The notes under the pieces: model-generated | Told to the model about the DNA's origin: nothing | What the model saw: only the letters and a program-made list of their open reading frames with translations | Databases searched by the model: none | DNA from: Candidatus Anstonellales archaeon | GTDB taxonomy: Archaea > Micrarchaeota > Micrarchaeia > Anstonellales > J096 | Assembly (NCBI GenBank): GCA_038896535.1 | Contig: JAWACY010000003.1 | Location: 1-49,314 of the forward strand | Reading direction: 5' to 3' | DNA: 49,314 nt | Shown here: positions 48,452 through 49,314 of the stretch, piece by piece | Layout: the number at the start of each line of letters is the position of its first letter | Position numbering within the stretch: the first letter of the stretch is position 1 | Translations under genes and position numbers: made by a program

Positions 48452-49314
48452 AAAACCACCAGTTTTCATTCAAAACTCTAAAAATTTAAAACATAAAATT
48501 TAAAAATCAGGTATATCGACAATTTTCATCATATATTCACATCAAATATAAACATCATATACCAAATCATATACTCAATCAACCCCATCATATAAACAAT
48601 CAATCATATTATATATAAATATCAGTATTAATCGCATAAATAATACCATATAAAAAATAATTGTGAAGGAAAATTGTGAAGGAAAAGCAAAAAGTTATTA
48701 TCCCTTTATTTTGATTTGCTTAATATTTAACTCCCTTAATATTTTTATTATTTCAGTGTTCGTCCTTTTTTTATCTTCTCTAATAAAATGTCTCTTATTT
48801 TTGTAGCATTTTCTTCATTCAGCCCATCTATGTGGGCTAAACGAGCAGATGTTGGAGCAGCAGTTGCTAAATGAACATCATATAGCCCTAATAATTTATC
48901 GAAAATATCTTGGTCTATATAAACATCCTGTATTCTGTAATAGGGAAACGATATCTGTGATTTAAACCAAACGCCTTCTCTGATTATAATGCTATCTTCT
49001 TTTATATTGTAATAATACGTTTTGTAATAAAGAATTGCATAAAGATAAACGATCCATAAAAAGATAAAAACAAAAGGTATTGAAGCAATAATCATGCTAG
49101 GAATTGAATAAAGGGTTTGAATAAATGTGCTTTTCATGAAGGTTGGTAGAATAAAAAGAATAGTTAATGAAATAGTAAAAAATGCTCTAATAATTATTGA
49201 TATTGTCTTCTTTATTATCTTATTCTTATGCAAAGGAATTTTAACACAAGTTGCTTCAGGATCTTGTTCAAATACCGGCATAAAACCACCAGTTTTCATT
49301 CAAAACTCTAAAAA
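47939..49314. repeat. Tandem gene duplication
   Basis: 48367-48484 is identical to 49197-49314 (118 bp). ~47939-48205 is near-identical to ~48766-49032. Confidence 0.95.
48748..49281 (-). CDS. YdbS-like 2-TM plus bPH_2 domain protein, copy 2
   Basis: Same motifs as copy 1, track start 49299. Confidence 0.85.
   Translation of the reverse strand: MPVFEQDPEATCVKIPLHKNKIIKKTISIIIRAFFTISLTILFILPTFMKSTFIQTLYSIPSMIIASIPFVFIFLWIVYLYAILYYKTYYYNIKEDSIIIREGVWFKSQISFPYYRIQDVYIDQDIFDKLLGLYDVHLATAAPTSARLAHIDGLNEENATKIRDILLEKIKKGRTLK

Noticed and set aside
48507..48558. Second C/D sRNA on the minus strand (ATGATGT..GTGA..ATGATGA..CTGA)
   Set aside because: The C box lacks the essential terminal A, D' is degenerate, one guide is 15 nt, and the context is low-complexity CATAT-rich.

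Overview
AT-rich archaeal chromosomal window, most consistent with a small-genome DPANN archaeon, possibly Micrarchaeota (inference from gene content, divergent housekeeping proteins and TATA-driven, mostly leaderless genes). Recognisable housekeeping genes are PriL, a protease-less LonB-type ATPase, Dph5, RNase Z, GlyRS, HARP plus a Pab1020-family RNA ligase, Rad50 and GatCA. The main feature is a ~19.7 kb uncharacterised envelope locus (7081-26742). It has a 1764-aa membrane protein transcribed divergently, apparently from one shared TATA element, from a translationally coupled operon of six paralogous CedA/VirB6-like membrane proteins and a 2047-aa Cys-rich lipoprotein-like surface protein. 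This is a candidate cell-contact or macromolecule-transfer apparatus, and no cognate VirB4/CedB ATPase is present in the window. Other notable items are a textbook C/D box sRNA whose guides appear to target 16S rRNA (one near the anti-Shine-Dalgarno end), a glutamine synthetase homolog lacking its catalytic residues, and a bacterial-type class I-alpha DAHP synthase. The window also has a tandem bPH_2 gene pair with a swapped central TM segment, a mosaic helical-repeat protein running off the left edge, ~50-bp bidirectional promoters and pervasive short tandem duplications. No tRNA, rRNA, CRISPR array or transposase was seen. All family calls are by eye from motifs and no searches were run.
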